This document shows positions 1 to 9,500 of a stretch of DNA of 51,036 bases, one piece after another. The position numbers and the translations under genes are program-made. Positions within the stretch are counted from its first letter, which is position 1. Every line of letters begins with the position of its first letter. Source of the stretch: a virus; IMG/VR virus record IMGVR_UViG_3300029775_000002, positions 1-51,036 of that record; one strand, 5' to 3'. A model generated the notes under the pieces. That model made no database searches. It had not been told where the DNA came from and saw only the letters and a program-made list of their open reading frames with translations.

Positions 1-165
1 CATATACATGTAATGAAGAAATTGAATGTTCATTTTGTGGAAAATTTAGGGAGTTTGAGGCTCAAAATGCCTGAAACCTGCGGCACTTGTCGGTCATATA
101 TTCCAGATATAGATTACGTATGTGGCATATTATAATATTTGCGATTTAGACAGGTGGCGACCTCA

Positions 166-1083
166 ATGCTGTTAGACTCTCCCGAAATATTCAAAATTGA
201 GAATAGATTCTCTTCTCTTTTTGAAAGAACCATCAAAAAAGGGCTCCTTAATATTCCAGGCCCAAAAATCAAGACCTCCGTAAAAAGCGCTTTTCGTTCG
301 GCTGTCTTTAGGGTCCAGCTTGACAAGTTAATTGATGATATCTATCTTTATTCGATTTCCGAAACTGATAAACTCATCTCAAAAGCTCTAAGTGCAAGCC
401 TTCAGAGAAGCCCCACAAGACATTATCTTAGTGCGGCAGATACAAACACTCAAGATACTCCTTTAATCTTGACTGAAGAGGCTGTAAAACAGTCGGCAGA
501 TTTAGCTCTGGAAGTTTCCGAGTCGATTATTGAAATGCTCAAGGATGAAGCGATATATCAGGAACATCCAAGCAAGCTGGCTGGCAGGATTTTAGATAAG
601 TGGAATGGTGAAAAATACAGGGCTGTACGGTTTGCACGAACCATCACGGCTGATATTGCGACTAATACGAGTTTTCATAGGTTCCAGCAGCAGGGCATTC
701 AAGAAATGCAGATATACGCCACAATTGACAAAAGAACGAGTCCCTACTGCCGTATGATGCATGGGACGGTTTTTAAGACGGATTCACCGGAAGCGAGTAA
801 GTATAGAACTCCATTTCATAGTAACTGCCGTACTGCAATTTTGCCCGTCACTGCTTTTTCTAATATTGATGATTCGATGAGGTATGAGAATCGAGACTTT
901 TCTAAGTTGTATGGGCAGAATTTTAAGGTACTTGATGAAGGGCTTGACAGTGATTCTGTGAAAAAGATTTTTAAGGACATTGATAAGTTTAAAGAGAAGT
1001 ATTCAATTCCTAAATTTATTTTTGATGAGGATATCGAAAAAAGGTTAATGAAGTTGGGGGTTGGAGTAGAGGTAAGGGAATGA
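166..1083 (+). CDS. Minor head morphogenesis protein (SPP1 gp7 / Mu gpF family)
   Basis: RFARTITADI...ATIDKRTSPYCRMMHG...PFHSNCRT motif; ATG at 166 follows a CAGGTGG RBS (ORF track starts at TTG 139). Confidence 0.85.
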   Translation: MLLDSPEIFKIENRFSSLFERTIKKGLLNIPGPKIKTSVKSAFRSAVFRVQLDKLIDDIYLYSISETDKLISKALSASLQRSPTRHYLSAADTNTQDTPLILTEEAVKQSADLALEVSESIIEMLKDEAIYQEHPSKLAGRILDKWNGEKYRAVRFARTITADIATNTSFHRFQQQGIQEMQIYATIDKRTSPYCRMMHGTVFKTDSPEASKYRTPFHSNCRTAILPVTAFSNIDDSMRYENRDFSKLYGQNFKVLDEGLDSDSVKKIFKDIDKFKEKYSIPKFIFDEDIEKRLMKLGVGVEVRE

Positions 1084-1096
1084 AAAAAGGGAAATT

Positions 1097-1423
1097 TTAG
1101 ATTTCCATTCTCACATCATATCTGAATTCAATCCGCGCATCCGTTGTAATTAATACATCTTCTCCATCAGGTATCAATACGATTGTGTATCCAAAAATAG
1201 TGTTTGGGATCAGCCCATCTGTAAGCCCAACTAATCTGCTATTATATTGGTTTTCAATCAAATATGCACATAATGAAGAATACGCTGTACGATTTAGTAC
1301 AACGAATTTAGGTTCAAAATTATTCGCATGTACTTCTTGCAATTTGTTATAGATCAATTCTACTATTTTATCATTCATTATTATCCCTCGTCTACGCTTT
1401 TTTAATTTCATAATATTTATCAA
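1097..1423 (-). CDS. Hypothetical protein
   Basis: 108-aa ORF in a coupled minus-strand run; real start probably MNDKIV. Confidence 0.55.
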   Translation of the reverse strand: MINIMKLKKRRRGIIMNDKIVELIYNKLQEVHANNFEPKFVVLNRTAYSSLCAYLIENQYNSRLVGLTDGLIPNTIFGYTIVLIPDGEDVLITTDARIEFRYDVRMEI

Positions 1424-1580
1424 TTTTATCTTTTTCCTCTTCTGTTATCTCTTCTAAAAACAATAAATACTCGTCAAGTCCAGCCATCATTATATATATA
1501 TCAGATTTGTCCTCTGCTTCGAGGACTTTTTTACTTAAGTTAGAATGTGGATTAACCGAAGTTGATATGAAGTATCTCAT
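1392..1580 (-). CDS. Hypothetical protein
   Basis: 62-aa ORF with a GGAGAGTGA RBS. Confidence 0.5.
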   Translation of the reverse strand: MRYFISTSVNPHSNLSKKVLEAEDKSDIYIMMAGLDEYLLFLEEITEEEKDKIDKYYEIKKA

Positions 1581-1794
1581 TTTTCACTCTCCTTCTCTTC
1601 AATAAGTTTTAATCTGGCAAATCCTACATCTTGTGTAAAATTCGAAGGAAATATCATATTTCCGTACTCATCTTCTGTAACAATTCCTTTATATTTATCA
1701 TTTACATATAATTCATATTTGTTCATTTATTTCCTCTCCTTTTAATATCCCCCATTCCATAAGCCTCTTCTTTATGTCTCGCATTTCGTAATCA

Positions 1795-1846
1795 CTGACA
1801 TACTCCACACGCTAAAGCATGTAGGCTTTCTGCCTTCGTACCGTAA
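1795..1846 (-). mobile_element. Orphan IS200/IS605-type end hairpin (right-end-like)
   Basis: CTGACATACTCCACACGCTAAAGCATGTAGGCTTTC shares the GCTAAAG hairpin core with the ends of the TnpB element at 24866-26110. Confidence 0.55.
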
Positions 1847-1955
1847 ATCCCCAACACCGTTTAGCTCGCATCAAGCGATTACCTCTTCAATCTTCTTGCC
1901 AATTCCTGCTGACTTCACATGCTTGCATTTTTCAACAACAATACTTAGTACATTT

Positions 1956-2333
1956 TCAGGATCGAATGTCAGGAACAAGCCCACTAATTTTAGGAGTTAC
2001 ATTCATCTTTAATTCACATCTAAAAGTGATTTTTTTAATAAGTTCCTTTATCTCAGTGCTCACTTCTATCGGATCAACTGTCAAGCTATCAATATTTTTT
2101 TGTAATAAAAAGAAAGCACACCCAATAGCCCCATCTACTACTTTCCTATCTTTCGGGTCCATATCTTTCCAAATAGCTTGCCAGTTTTGGATTTCGTTTA
2201 GTTGTTTCTGAATCTTGTCAACAATCCCCTGGGCATTATTCATTTCAGAAGTTTCTGGACACAATTTAATAAGGGATTGCAAACCGCCGTTAATTACAGC
2301 TAAATCATGCTCGTCAAAGTCAATTAGTACCAT
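1956..2333 (-). CDS. Hypothetical protein
   Basis: 125-aa ORF with a GGAGG RBS. Confidence 0.55.
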   Translation of the reverse strand: MVLIDFDEHDLAVINGGLQSLIKLCPETSEMNNAQGIVDKIQKQLNEIQNWQAIWKDMDPKDRKVVDGAIGCAFFLLQKNIDSLTVDPIEVSTEIKELIKKITFRCELKMNVTPKISGLVPDIRS

Positions 2334-2635
2334 TATTTTTCCTCCATCTTTTCAATATCATTACCTTCGTCATCAACAGCACATCGCACTTTCGTCAGTT
2401 ACCGGCGCATCGAATTCACACCCACAACTACAAGCCCACAAAGCCATATTGTTTCACCTCATTATATTCAAAATGTTGTACGATTTGCTAACGATACAGC
2501 GCAAACATCACAATCAAAATCAATGAATAGGTCATCTCTGAATCGCTTATCTCCATCTGGGTATATCGAAACGCTCTGTCTGTAGTCAAAGGAGTCTCCA
2601 TTTGAAATTAAGTTTTCTCGTATTTGTAGAGTCAT

Positions 2636-2779
2636 TTATTCCACTTCCTTATTTTCTAATTCATCCATAAGCCTGTTCAATAGTTTATCCCACGTTTCAT
2701 TCTTATTTCCAATAGTTCCAAGTCTTTCTCTAGTAACTTTCTTTATTGGTATAGTGGTATCCTCTTCTTTGCGTACCAT
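2636..2779 (-). CDS. Small ribbon-helix-helix-like DNA-binding protein (47 aa, not in ORF track)
   Basis: Manual translation MVRKEEDTTIPIKKVTRERLGTIGNKNETWDKLLNRLMDE fits the archaeal TTI..TRERL..G...ETWD.L.RL pattern. Confidence 0.6.
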   Translation of the reverse strand: MVRKEEDTTIPIKKVTRERLGTIGNKNETWDKLLNRLMDELENKEVE

Positions 2780-3186
2780 ACTAAGTACATAGGGTCTTAT
2801 AACATATAAAGATTTGCTGTACTATTCAGTACCAAATTATAATATACACTACAGTACAACTATATACACTAATGAAATGGTTAACGAAACCATCCAAACA
2901 AGTCTAAAACGCTATCGAAATAATCGATATCTGTTGCCGCATAGAAGATGATATTTAATTTTGCTATACGTTTCTCAATGTTTATTTACAAAAAAGTTTA
3001 CGGTTATCGGTAATAACTTCTATATTCCTATATGTTATAGAATAATCGAGCAAACAAACACATAGGGGAGAAATGAAAAAGTTAAAAAATTAGGAAAAAC
3101 TAAAAATTAGAAATTAATTTTATTCAGGTTAACGTATGTTAAAAACGCAGTCGGTTAAACGATGTATATAGTTATACATTATTGAT

Positions 3187-3762
3187 TTAGCCCCATTGTT
3201 CAGCCATTGCTCTTGCGAATCCTTCAAACGTTTTTGATCTGATCTCTGCTCTATCTTCACTAGGGGGAAGATTATACCATTCAGGAAGGCTTTTTCCGCT
3301 TTTCGTGATGTGTCTTTTACCTTTGCTTACAATATTCGTAGGCTGGAGAAGTGGGAGATTTTTAAGCCAAAGACAAGTTGTTTTTGTATGAGGATCTCCA
3401 AACATGTACGGCTGGACTATCTGGTCAGGTTTCCTTATATGAGTAGAAATTATAGAAACTGGGTTTTCTATTGCTATTTTTGGAATGTCGGCACTCATCA
3501 ACAATCTTACAAAATCTAAAGCTTCTTTTTGTTCTTTCTGTTTTTTATAAAACCATCTAGCACCTGAAACCGCGAGATGTGTACAGTCTGGATGGAACAC
3601 AGCTAAATCCCAACCATCGTTTATAATGTCCATCACGTCTCCCTGGTAATGTGGTCCAGGTCGTGTAGATGGTTTTAAATCACAACTTATTGCATCGTGC
3701 CCTTTCTCAAAAAATGCATCTCTAACAGTTCCAGAACACTCACAACCGACTAAGACTTTCAT
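3187..3762 (-). CDS. Phage-type DNA cytosine-C5 methyltransferase-like protein
   Basis: N-terminal MKVLVGCECSGTVRDAF SAM-binding segment, HPDCT catalytic Cys region, IENPV motif VI, QPYMFG and K.TCLWL motifs. Confidence 0.7.
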   Translation of the reverse strand: MKVLVGCECSGTVRDAFFEKGHDAISCDLKPSTRPGPHYQGDVMDIINDGWDLAVFHPDCTHLAVSGARWFYKKQKEQKEALDFVRLLMSADIPKIAIENPVSIISTHIRKPDQIVQPYMFGDPHTKTTCLWLKNLPLLQPTNIVSKGKRHITKSGKSLPEWYNLPPSEDRAEIRSKTFEGFARAMAEQWG

Positions 3763-3766
3763 TTTC

Positions 3767-4351
3767 TCACTTCCTCAATATTCCCCATTCCGTCAACCTC
3801 TTCTCAATATCTCGCATTTCATAATCAGTGAAACTTAAACTCTGATAATGCCTTAAAGATGTTACCGGATCATGTCCTTGTCTTCCGTATATTTCTATCT
3901 CAGGTATCCCACATTTCAACATCCAGCTCTCAATCGTTTTCCTCGGTGTTTTCGGACCAATCTTAGGCGCTATACCAGCTTTTTCAGACCATCTCTTTAG
4001 GTTCTTATTCCAGCTATCTCTATGAGGCGGTCTAGGAGCCTCTAAGAAAGCCTTGAAAAGATATGGAAATGTAGAGGGCAGTTTGTCTATAGTCCTCTTA
4101 ACAAGTTTCTGCTTAACCTTCTTCTGAGCATCCGGAGGTAAGATAATCTGGTTTCTTTCTTTATGATACCATTCTGGATGATCGTACAACCTTTGCAGCT
4201 CAATGTATCGAAGTCCTGTAATTACATTGAGCTCGAAGGCCGGTCTATACGTTTTGCCTTGTTTTTTTTCAGGGATGAATTGAAGAAATTTATCGTATTC
4301 TTCGACGGTTAGGACTTTTGTACCGTCGCCGGTTACTAGGCCGTTATCCAT
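3767..4351 (-). CDS. Short tyrosine recombinase/integrase (catalytic domain only)
   Basis: TGLRYIE (Arg), KTPRKT (KxxR in place of HxxR), QGH followed 9 residues later by Tyr (GHDPVTSLRHY). Confidence 0.8.
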   Translation of the reverse strand: MDNGLVTGDGTKVLTVEEYDKFLQFIPEKKQGKTYRPAFELNVITGLRYIELQRLYDHPEWYHKERNQIILPPDAQKKVKQKLVKRTIDKLPSTFPYLFKAFLEAPRPPHRDSWNKNLKRWSEKAGIAPKIGPKTPRKTIESWMLKCGIPEIEIYGRQGHDPVTSLRHYQSLSFTDYEMRDIEKRLTEWGILRK

Positions 4352-4361
4352 GTATCACACC

Positions 4362-5309
4362 TCATAAAAACGAATTCTCTCCGTAGAACGCTTTGTTATC
4401 ACGGTTTGCTTCTATGATTTTGCTCCACCATTCATCTTTTATTTTTTCGTTAACATCGCCCCCCCACCATTCATACGAACACGCTTCATCCATTATTATG
4501 CAAAACATTTCATCTGGAATACCTTCAGGTTTATTTACCCAAGAATATTGTTTTAGTTTTTCTTCGATACGTTTCTCATGGCAGTCTTCCCTCTCCATTA
4601 CTCTATCCCAATATTCGTTGAATTCTTCTGTAGTAAAATAATCATCATCGGTACTTTTAGTTTGTATTATAGGAGTCTCACCGTGTTCAAACCTTGCCGA
4701 CATCGCTGCTTTTAAAGCGATGTTCACATGGTTGTTTTGTTGACCTTCGAAAGCATCGACCCACATACCATCTGGCAAATTAAGCGAAACAAGTCGTTTC
4801 ATTTCAGTTCCGGCAGATTCCGCGCCCCACCCCGCGTCTACCCAATTTATATCAAAACTATGTGTAAACTTTAATCCAGAATTAAAAAACGCAACGCTTG
4901 ATATATGCACTCCTTTACTATGTTGGATACATGGGAACTCTATAATAATATCCTTATCACTTGGAATCCAAATATTAGATAAAATTAAAATTCCTCTTTC
5001 AGTTTGCCAACTATCTGCAATATCAGGCAATTGCCCTCCATAATCTACGGCATTTGCCAACATTGCCCAATAATCCACCGTTACATTTTCTAAATCACCC
5101 TTTACTTCTACCCATGTTTTTGTTTCTGGAAGGTAAAAATCTGGAAGGTAATACCACGTTTTACAGCTACCACGGTCTTTGATTTCATACCCTTCTTTTT
5201 CATACTCATACTTAATCCCTAGAGTATCAAAGAATACAGCCCATCTAGCTTCCAACCTGCTCCGAAATCTATACCCGTTATATACCGTTTCAATTGGCTT
5301 AATTTCCAT
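4362..5309 (-). CDS. PD-(D/E)XK nuclease-domain protein
   Basis: FRSRLEARWAVFFD..YEYE..YLPDFYLP...VEVKG, a common phage nuclease signature. Confidence 0.75.
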   Translation of the reverse strand: MEIKPIETVYNGYRFRSRLEARWAVFFDTLGIKYEYEKEGYEIKDRGSCKTWYYLPDFYLPETKTWVEVKGDLENVTVDYWAMLANAVDYGGQLPDIADSWQTERGILILSNIWIPSDKDIIIEFPCIQHSKGVHISSVAFFNSGLKFTHSFDINWVDAGWGAESAGTEMKRLVSLNLPDGMWVDAFEGQQNNHVNIALKAAMSARFEHGETPIIQTKSTDDDYFTTEEFNEYWDRVMEREDCHEKRIEEKLKQYSWVNKPEGIPDEMFCIIMDEACSYEWWGGDVNEKIKDEWWSKIIEANRDNKAFYGENSFL

Positions 5310-5450
5310 AAGTAAACCTCTTCATTTAGTAAACAACGACATAATATAAAAAGGTAGTTATTTTTAATTATAAAAATATTGATATTAATCTATAAGAAAA
5401 TTTACTTATATACTCAAAAAAGTTAATAATTGAAATAACGACATTTTATC

Positions 5451-5840
5451 TTAAAAGGTAGTTGTTAAAGGGGTAGGCATCCCATCTTTCTCATACTCAT
5501 AAACCGGAATCCCCATTTCTTCAGCTATAAACCTCTCAAGCTTCGCACCTTCGGACAGTTCCCAATCAGGGATCATAAGAAGTGCATCACCGGCTTTAAC
5601 TGACATCCGGCGAATAAATGATATATCGCCATCCATCCAGATTTCCCATTTTTCATTACAATGCTGAAACCCGGATGTATTTTTATGAGGACATAACGCA
5701 GCCCATCCGAAAACCCAAGCTTCAAGGGCTATCTTAGAGGCTTTTAATATATTTTCATTAATTCCGTGTATAGGATCTGAATGAGAAAACGGACCAGATA
5801 TATATAAAATCGGGCGAGTACCAAATTCTTTATTATCCAT
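5451..5840 (-). CDS. Nucleoside 2-deoxyribosyltransferase-like protein (DUF4406/DUF1937-type)
   Basis: YISGPF...CPH...D(ALL)...W..SEGAKLE...A..MGIPV pattern. Confidence 0.65.
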   Translation of the reverse strand: MDNKEFGTRPILYISGPFSHSDPIHGINENILKASKIALEAWVFGWAALCPHKNTSGFQHCNEKWEIWMDGDISFIRRMSVKAGDALLMIPDWELSEGAKLERFIAEEMGIPVYEYEKDGMPTPLTTTF

Positions 5841-5841
5841 T

Positions 5842-6282
5842 TTAAAACACCTTCCTTAACTTTCTCTCAATCCAATCAGGCACAATAGCCCGATACCCAG
5901 AATATACCTTATCAGTAATTATATGAGTCCATAACATAAGTACAGCTCCTATTATACTCTCAATCGAAACATGATACCCGTAAACAGTCAACGGAACCCA
6001 TAAAAAACTTATCAAAATGAAAGGCCCCCATGCATAATCATGAAGTATCTCCCGGTGTCCAGCTTTTGAAAAAGGTTCCCAAATTCTCCCGAAAGGGCCC
6101 CATAGCTTTCTAACAATACTTTCCTGAGAGTCCAGGTCGCTTGTTATAAGGAATGTATAGGGCATCATTCCAATCCAGAAGTTTTGTAATCCTTGAAAAT
6201 TTAAATAGCCTGTCAAGAAGCCCCAGATTGAAGAAGAGAGAGCGACGAAGAGACAGGCGTAAACGTGGGTACTGTATTTCAT
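5842..6282 (-). CDS. Putative metal-binding membrane protein (DUF2227-like)
   Basis: TH, SDLD, W.PF...GHR...H and H...D motifs set among hydrophobic segments. Confidence 0.6.
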   Translation of the reverse strand: MKYSTHVYACLFVALSSSIWGFLTGYLNFQGLQNFWIGMMPYTFLITSDLDSQESIVRKLWGPFGRIWEPFSKAGHREILHDYAWGPFILISFLWVPLTVYGYHVSIESIIGAVLMLWTHIITDKVYSGYRAIVPDWIERKLRKVF

Positions 6283-6719
6283 TAAGCTATAACCTCATCA
6301 ATCTTATTCTGAATATGAGCCCCCTTTATCTTTGGATACCTTCCAACTAAAAGCCCCAATACGTTCTCAGGATCGGCATTTACGGCGACATAATGATAAT
6401 TCCATTTGTTATCTGTATACCTAACGTATACGAGGTTATCAGCTTTGGAATCCTGAATTATATCCTCGATCTCGCATTCGCATCTGAAATGTTTAATATC
6501 TGATCTTGAGCTTAACAGAGTTCTTACAGCCGACTGCTCATCGAATGCTCTAATCATTATATAATGATCCTGCCATTCTTGAGTATTATAATTGATAACG
6601 TAATGGCTTTCTTCTGGTTCTTGTACGGTTTCATGCGCTGCATTAGTGCCAAGCACTTTGTTTATTATGTCAATAAGTTTCATCTCACGGCAACCCCCTG
6701 AAAGCTCCCAGTACTCCAC
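6282..6719 (-). CDS. Hypothetical protein
   Basis: 145-aa ORF coupled to its neighbours; real start probably MKLIDII. Confidence 0.55.
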   Translation of the reverse strand: MEYWELSGGCREMKLIDIINKVLGTNAAHETVQEPEESHYVINYNTQEWQDHYIMIRAFDEQSAVRTLLSSRSDIKHFRCECEIEDIIQDSKADNLVYVRYTDNKWNYHYVAVNADPENVLGLLVGRYPKIKGAHIQNKIDEVIA

Positions 6720-6783
6720 ATGATAGCAGCCTGTCTTTCTTCCTGTTCTCTACACTTCAAGTACTCTTCAAGTTCTTCATAGG

Positions 6784-7086
6784 TCATATTCTCCCAACCC
6801 CTACTGACCAACAGCCCCACCATATAAGAGCAAACGCTGAATAACAGAACATGTCGAATTTGTTCATTACTCTGTCACTCCACAGATCCCATTTCCATGT
6901 AGGATGTTCGGTTTGTGATAATTCAGTAATATAAGAGAGGTAGTTATCGGATGCATCTATGCCATCAATAAAAGAACGGAGCTCTTTTTCAGGAGGCAGG
7001 TCTTTGTTTTCAGTCTGTGCTGTTACAGCTGAAACTGCAACAATCATTATTAAAAATGCTATACATATCTGTTTTAACGCTTTCAT
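6784..7086 (-). CDS. Secreted or membrane-anchored hypothetical protein
   Basis: N-terminal signal peptide and C-terminal hydrophobic helix. Confidence 0.55.
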   Translation of the reverse strand: MKALKQICIAFLIMIVAVSAVTAQTENKDLPPEKELRSFIDGIDASDNYLSYITELSQTEHPTWKWDLWSDRVMNKFDMFCYSAFALIWWGCWSVGVGRI

Positions 7087-7115
7087 GGATTAATTTACAC
7101 CTCAAATTGTTAATG

Positions 7116-7316
7116 TTAACCATCTGGGTATTTTTGCTCCCTGATACACAGCTCCCCAGTATCTTTTTTTAGTTTGTATATCAGGTCCTTCCCTTCGAAA
7201 AATCCTCTTATTTTTGAATAATCTTCTGTGCCAAAATAGAGCATACCTAGCTGACGTTTTTGATTATATACACGCATACTTGTAGTTCCGGTAATTTCAG
7301 TTTCAGTTTCTTTCAT
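7116..7316 (-). CDS. Small AbrB/SpoVT-like regulator (tentative)
   Basis: 66 aa with a beta-rich pattern; divergent from the VirB-like operon. Confidence 0.4.
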   Translation of the reverse strand: MKETETEITGTTSMRVYNQKRQLGMLYFGTEDYSKIRGFFEGKDLIYKLKKDTGELCIREQKYPDG

Positions 7317-7358
7317 GTGATTACCTATTGTCTAGGATATAGCATCTATTTGTTATAT

Positions 7359-7406
7359 TAAATAACCTTCATTGTAGATAAATTTATCTACAATGAAGGT
7401 TATTTA
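7359..7406. repeat. Perfect 48-bp spacerless palindrome
   Basis: TAAATAACCTTCATTGTAGATAAA|TTTATCTACAATGAAGGTTATTTA, checked base by base. Confidence 0.97.
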
Positions 7407-7454
7407 GTTACTACACATAAAAAAAATTAAATGTAATTTATGAGAGGTTTAATT

Positions 7455-7853
7455 ATGAAAATTGCAGCAAAAATTCTACTGGTGCTACTCATGGCATCTA
7501 TTATTTTACCTGGATTTGCATCAGCAGCTGAGCCAGGTGCGATTCCGGAAATAGGCAATATCACTGGACCATCTACTACCACAGATGTTACTGGCGGGCT
7601 TGGGATATTTTCAAAACTTGGACAATTCTTAATGGATTATTCAATCCACATAGCGGTATTCGTAATGGTGCTAGCTATAGTGATATTGTCAGCAAGGGGT
7701 TCGTGGGCTCGCAGTAATCAGCGCTCAGAAGAAGCGTCTGAGAGTAGGTCAAATACGAAAGGGCTAATCATAGACGGTGTAATGACAATGGCAGCCTTGA
7801 TGTTCGTATTTTTTATTTTGGCACCGTTTGTCAAGAGTTTCATTCCGGCGTGA
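7455..7853 (+). CDS. VirB2/TrbC-like pilin or membrane subunit
   Basis: Signal peptide (…ILPGFASA|AE) plus two hydrophobic helices; first gene of the operon ending in VirB4. Confidence 0.55.
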   Translation: MKIAAKILLVLLMASIILPGFASAAEPGAIPEIGNITGPSTTTDVTGGLGIFSKLGQFLMDYSIHIAVFVMVLAIVILSARGSWARSNQRSEEASESRSNTKGLIIDGVMTMAALMFVFFILAPFVKSFIPA

Positions 7854-7865
7854 TGAGGTAAGAAC

Positions 7866-8069
7866 ATGAACGAATTTCAAAGAGAAGACATGATAAAAAG
7901 CGTTTCAGGCACCGTAGAAAGAAACTACTGTGCGATAAAACGTGAAGAATTGTTTGAAAAGTATAAAAACACCGATCAAGAAACGATGAAAAGTGTTATA
8001 GAGACTATGAAAAGACGAGGAATCTTGAGATACGACCAAAAAAACGACAAATACCGACTGGTGCTATAA
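7866..8069 (+). CDS. Small winged-helix protein
   Basis: VIETMKRRGILRYDQKNDKYRLV wing pattern. Confidence 0.5.
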   Translation: MNEFQREDMIKSVSGTVERNYCAIKREELFEKYKNTDQETMKSVIETMKRRGILRYDQKNDKYRLVL

Positions 8070-9500
8070 ATGAATAAATGGTTTGTCCTGCTTGGATTAT
8101 TTTTTATTGGTTCAATTGATGTTGTTAGCGCAGGACAGACAATTTATTTAGATCCTACTGATGAAGATGGGATCAATAAGGCACTAGAAGCCGCTAAAAA
8201 TGAGCCTGGAACTACTACAATAATACTAAATCCAGGCACATATGAAATTAAAGGCTCTCTAATTATCTATTCTAATACTGTTTTGAAAGGCGACCACGCT
8301 AAAATCTTAGTTTCCTCAAAATCAAAACAGTGGTTTATCCCTCCAAATGGGATAATCACAACTAAAGGACCCGTCGAAAACGTCACAATTGAAAATCTTA
8401 TAATAGACGGCAACTGTCACATGCTCCCGGCGAAATATGCAGATACACCGGGACATAAACACGACTGCGAGAAGCTCATTATCATAAAGGGGTACAGTAA
8501 CAAAAATTCAAAAAATATAGTTATCCGTAACTGTATATTTGCAAATGCCTTTTCTGATGCTGTTTATGTCGCACATTCAAAAGACGTAATCGTAGAAAAT
8601 AATCAAATTTCAAACTGCCAGCACTCTTCTATTTATTTTTCATGTGTTGTTAGTGGTCTTATTAAGAAAAACGATATCGCGGGGATAACAAGCGATAACG
8701 TTCGAGTTGAAAATTCTAAAAATGTAAAGGTACTGTATAATAATCTGTATGGATATTTCGGGAAAAAATCAAATGGAGCTTACCAGGGTGGGCACAATTT
8801 AGTACAAGTAGGGGACCAGGGCTTTTCTCATGGGTATGGTTCACCTAAGTCGATACATACTGAAAATATCGAAATCGCTTATAATACATTTTCAGGAAAA
8901 CATCTGAACACTATTTGGATAGACGCAGCCGGGAAAACTCCCACTACAAACCTCTGGATACATGATAATGAGTATGTCGATATGCCGGAAATTGAAAGGG
9001 ACGGATACAGCGCAGAAAACCCGCCTTCAATCGAAGAAACCGAGGAGATATTCACAACCTTGAAAGATCTCCTTAAAAGAGATTACACTTTCCAATATTT
9101 AGATACTGAGCAGGATTTAGAGGCATCAGCAGAAGCCGTTTATCACAATTACTCAACTGCTCCGTATAGCTTACTCACGGTTGAAGGAGAGGACGATATA
9201 GAGGTTATCAAGATTTCCTACGATGGGAACTCAGCCAGGCACTTTATAGAACGTGATATGTGGGTGGGTGATTTCCAGAGAGTGGGGGATGGTTGGTATA
9301 TTCCAGGCGAATTCGATGCGAATGAGTTAAAAATAACAGTTTACTCAAAAAACGGATATAAAACGTTATCAGAAGATGAAATAGAAATCAGGAACGCGAA
9401 AATCGGGTTAGCTGCAATTAGTGTTGATCTGTTCAATTATATTGCAACGCTGGCGATTTCTGGAATATCAATAACAAGAAGCATCAGGAGAATTTTATAA
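8070..9500 (+). CDS. Secreted, C-terminally membrane-anchored right-handed beta-helix protein (disaggregatase/pectate-lyase-like)
   Basis: Signal peptide, INKALEAA..TIILNPGTY, repeated N..I.NN beta-helix rungs, terminal hydrophobic helix followed by RRIL. Confidence 0.75.
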   Translation: MNKWFVLLGLFFIGSIDVVSAGQTIYLDPTDEDGINKALEAAKNEPGTTTIILNPGTYEIKGSLIIYSNTVLKGDHAKILVSSKSKQWFIPPNGIITTKGPVENVTIENLIIDGNCHMLPAKYADTPGHKHDCEKLIIIKGYSNKNSKNIVIRNCIFANAFSDAVYVAHSKDVIVENNQISNCQHSSIYFSCVVSGLIKKNDIAGITSDNVRVENSKNVKVLYNNLYGYFGKKSNGAYQGGHNLVQVGDQGFSHGYGSPKSIHTENIEIAYNTFSGKHLNTIWIDAAGKTPTTNLWIHDNEYVDMPEIERDGYSAENPPSIEETEEIFTTLKDLLKRDYTFQYLDTEQDLEASAEAVYHNYSTAPYSLLTVEGEDDIEVIKISYDGNSARHFIERDMWVGDFQRVGDGWYIPGEFDANELKITVYSKNGYKTLSEDEIEIRNAKIGLAAISVDLFNYIATLAISGISITRSIRRIL

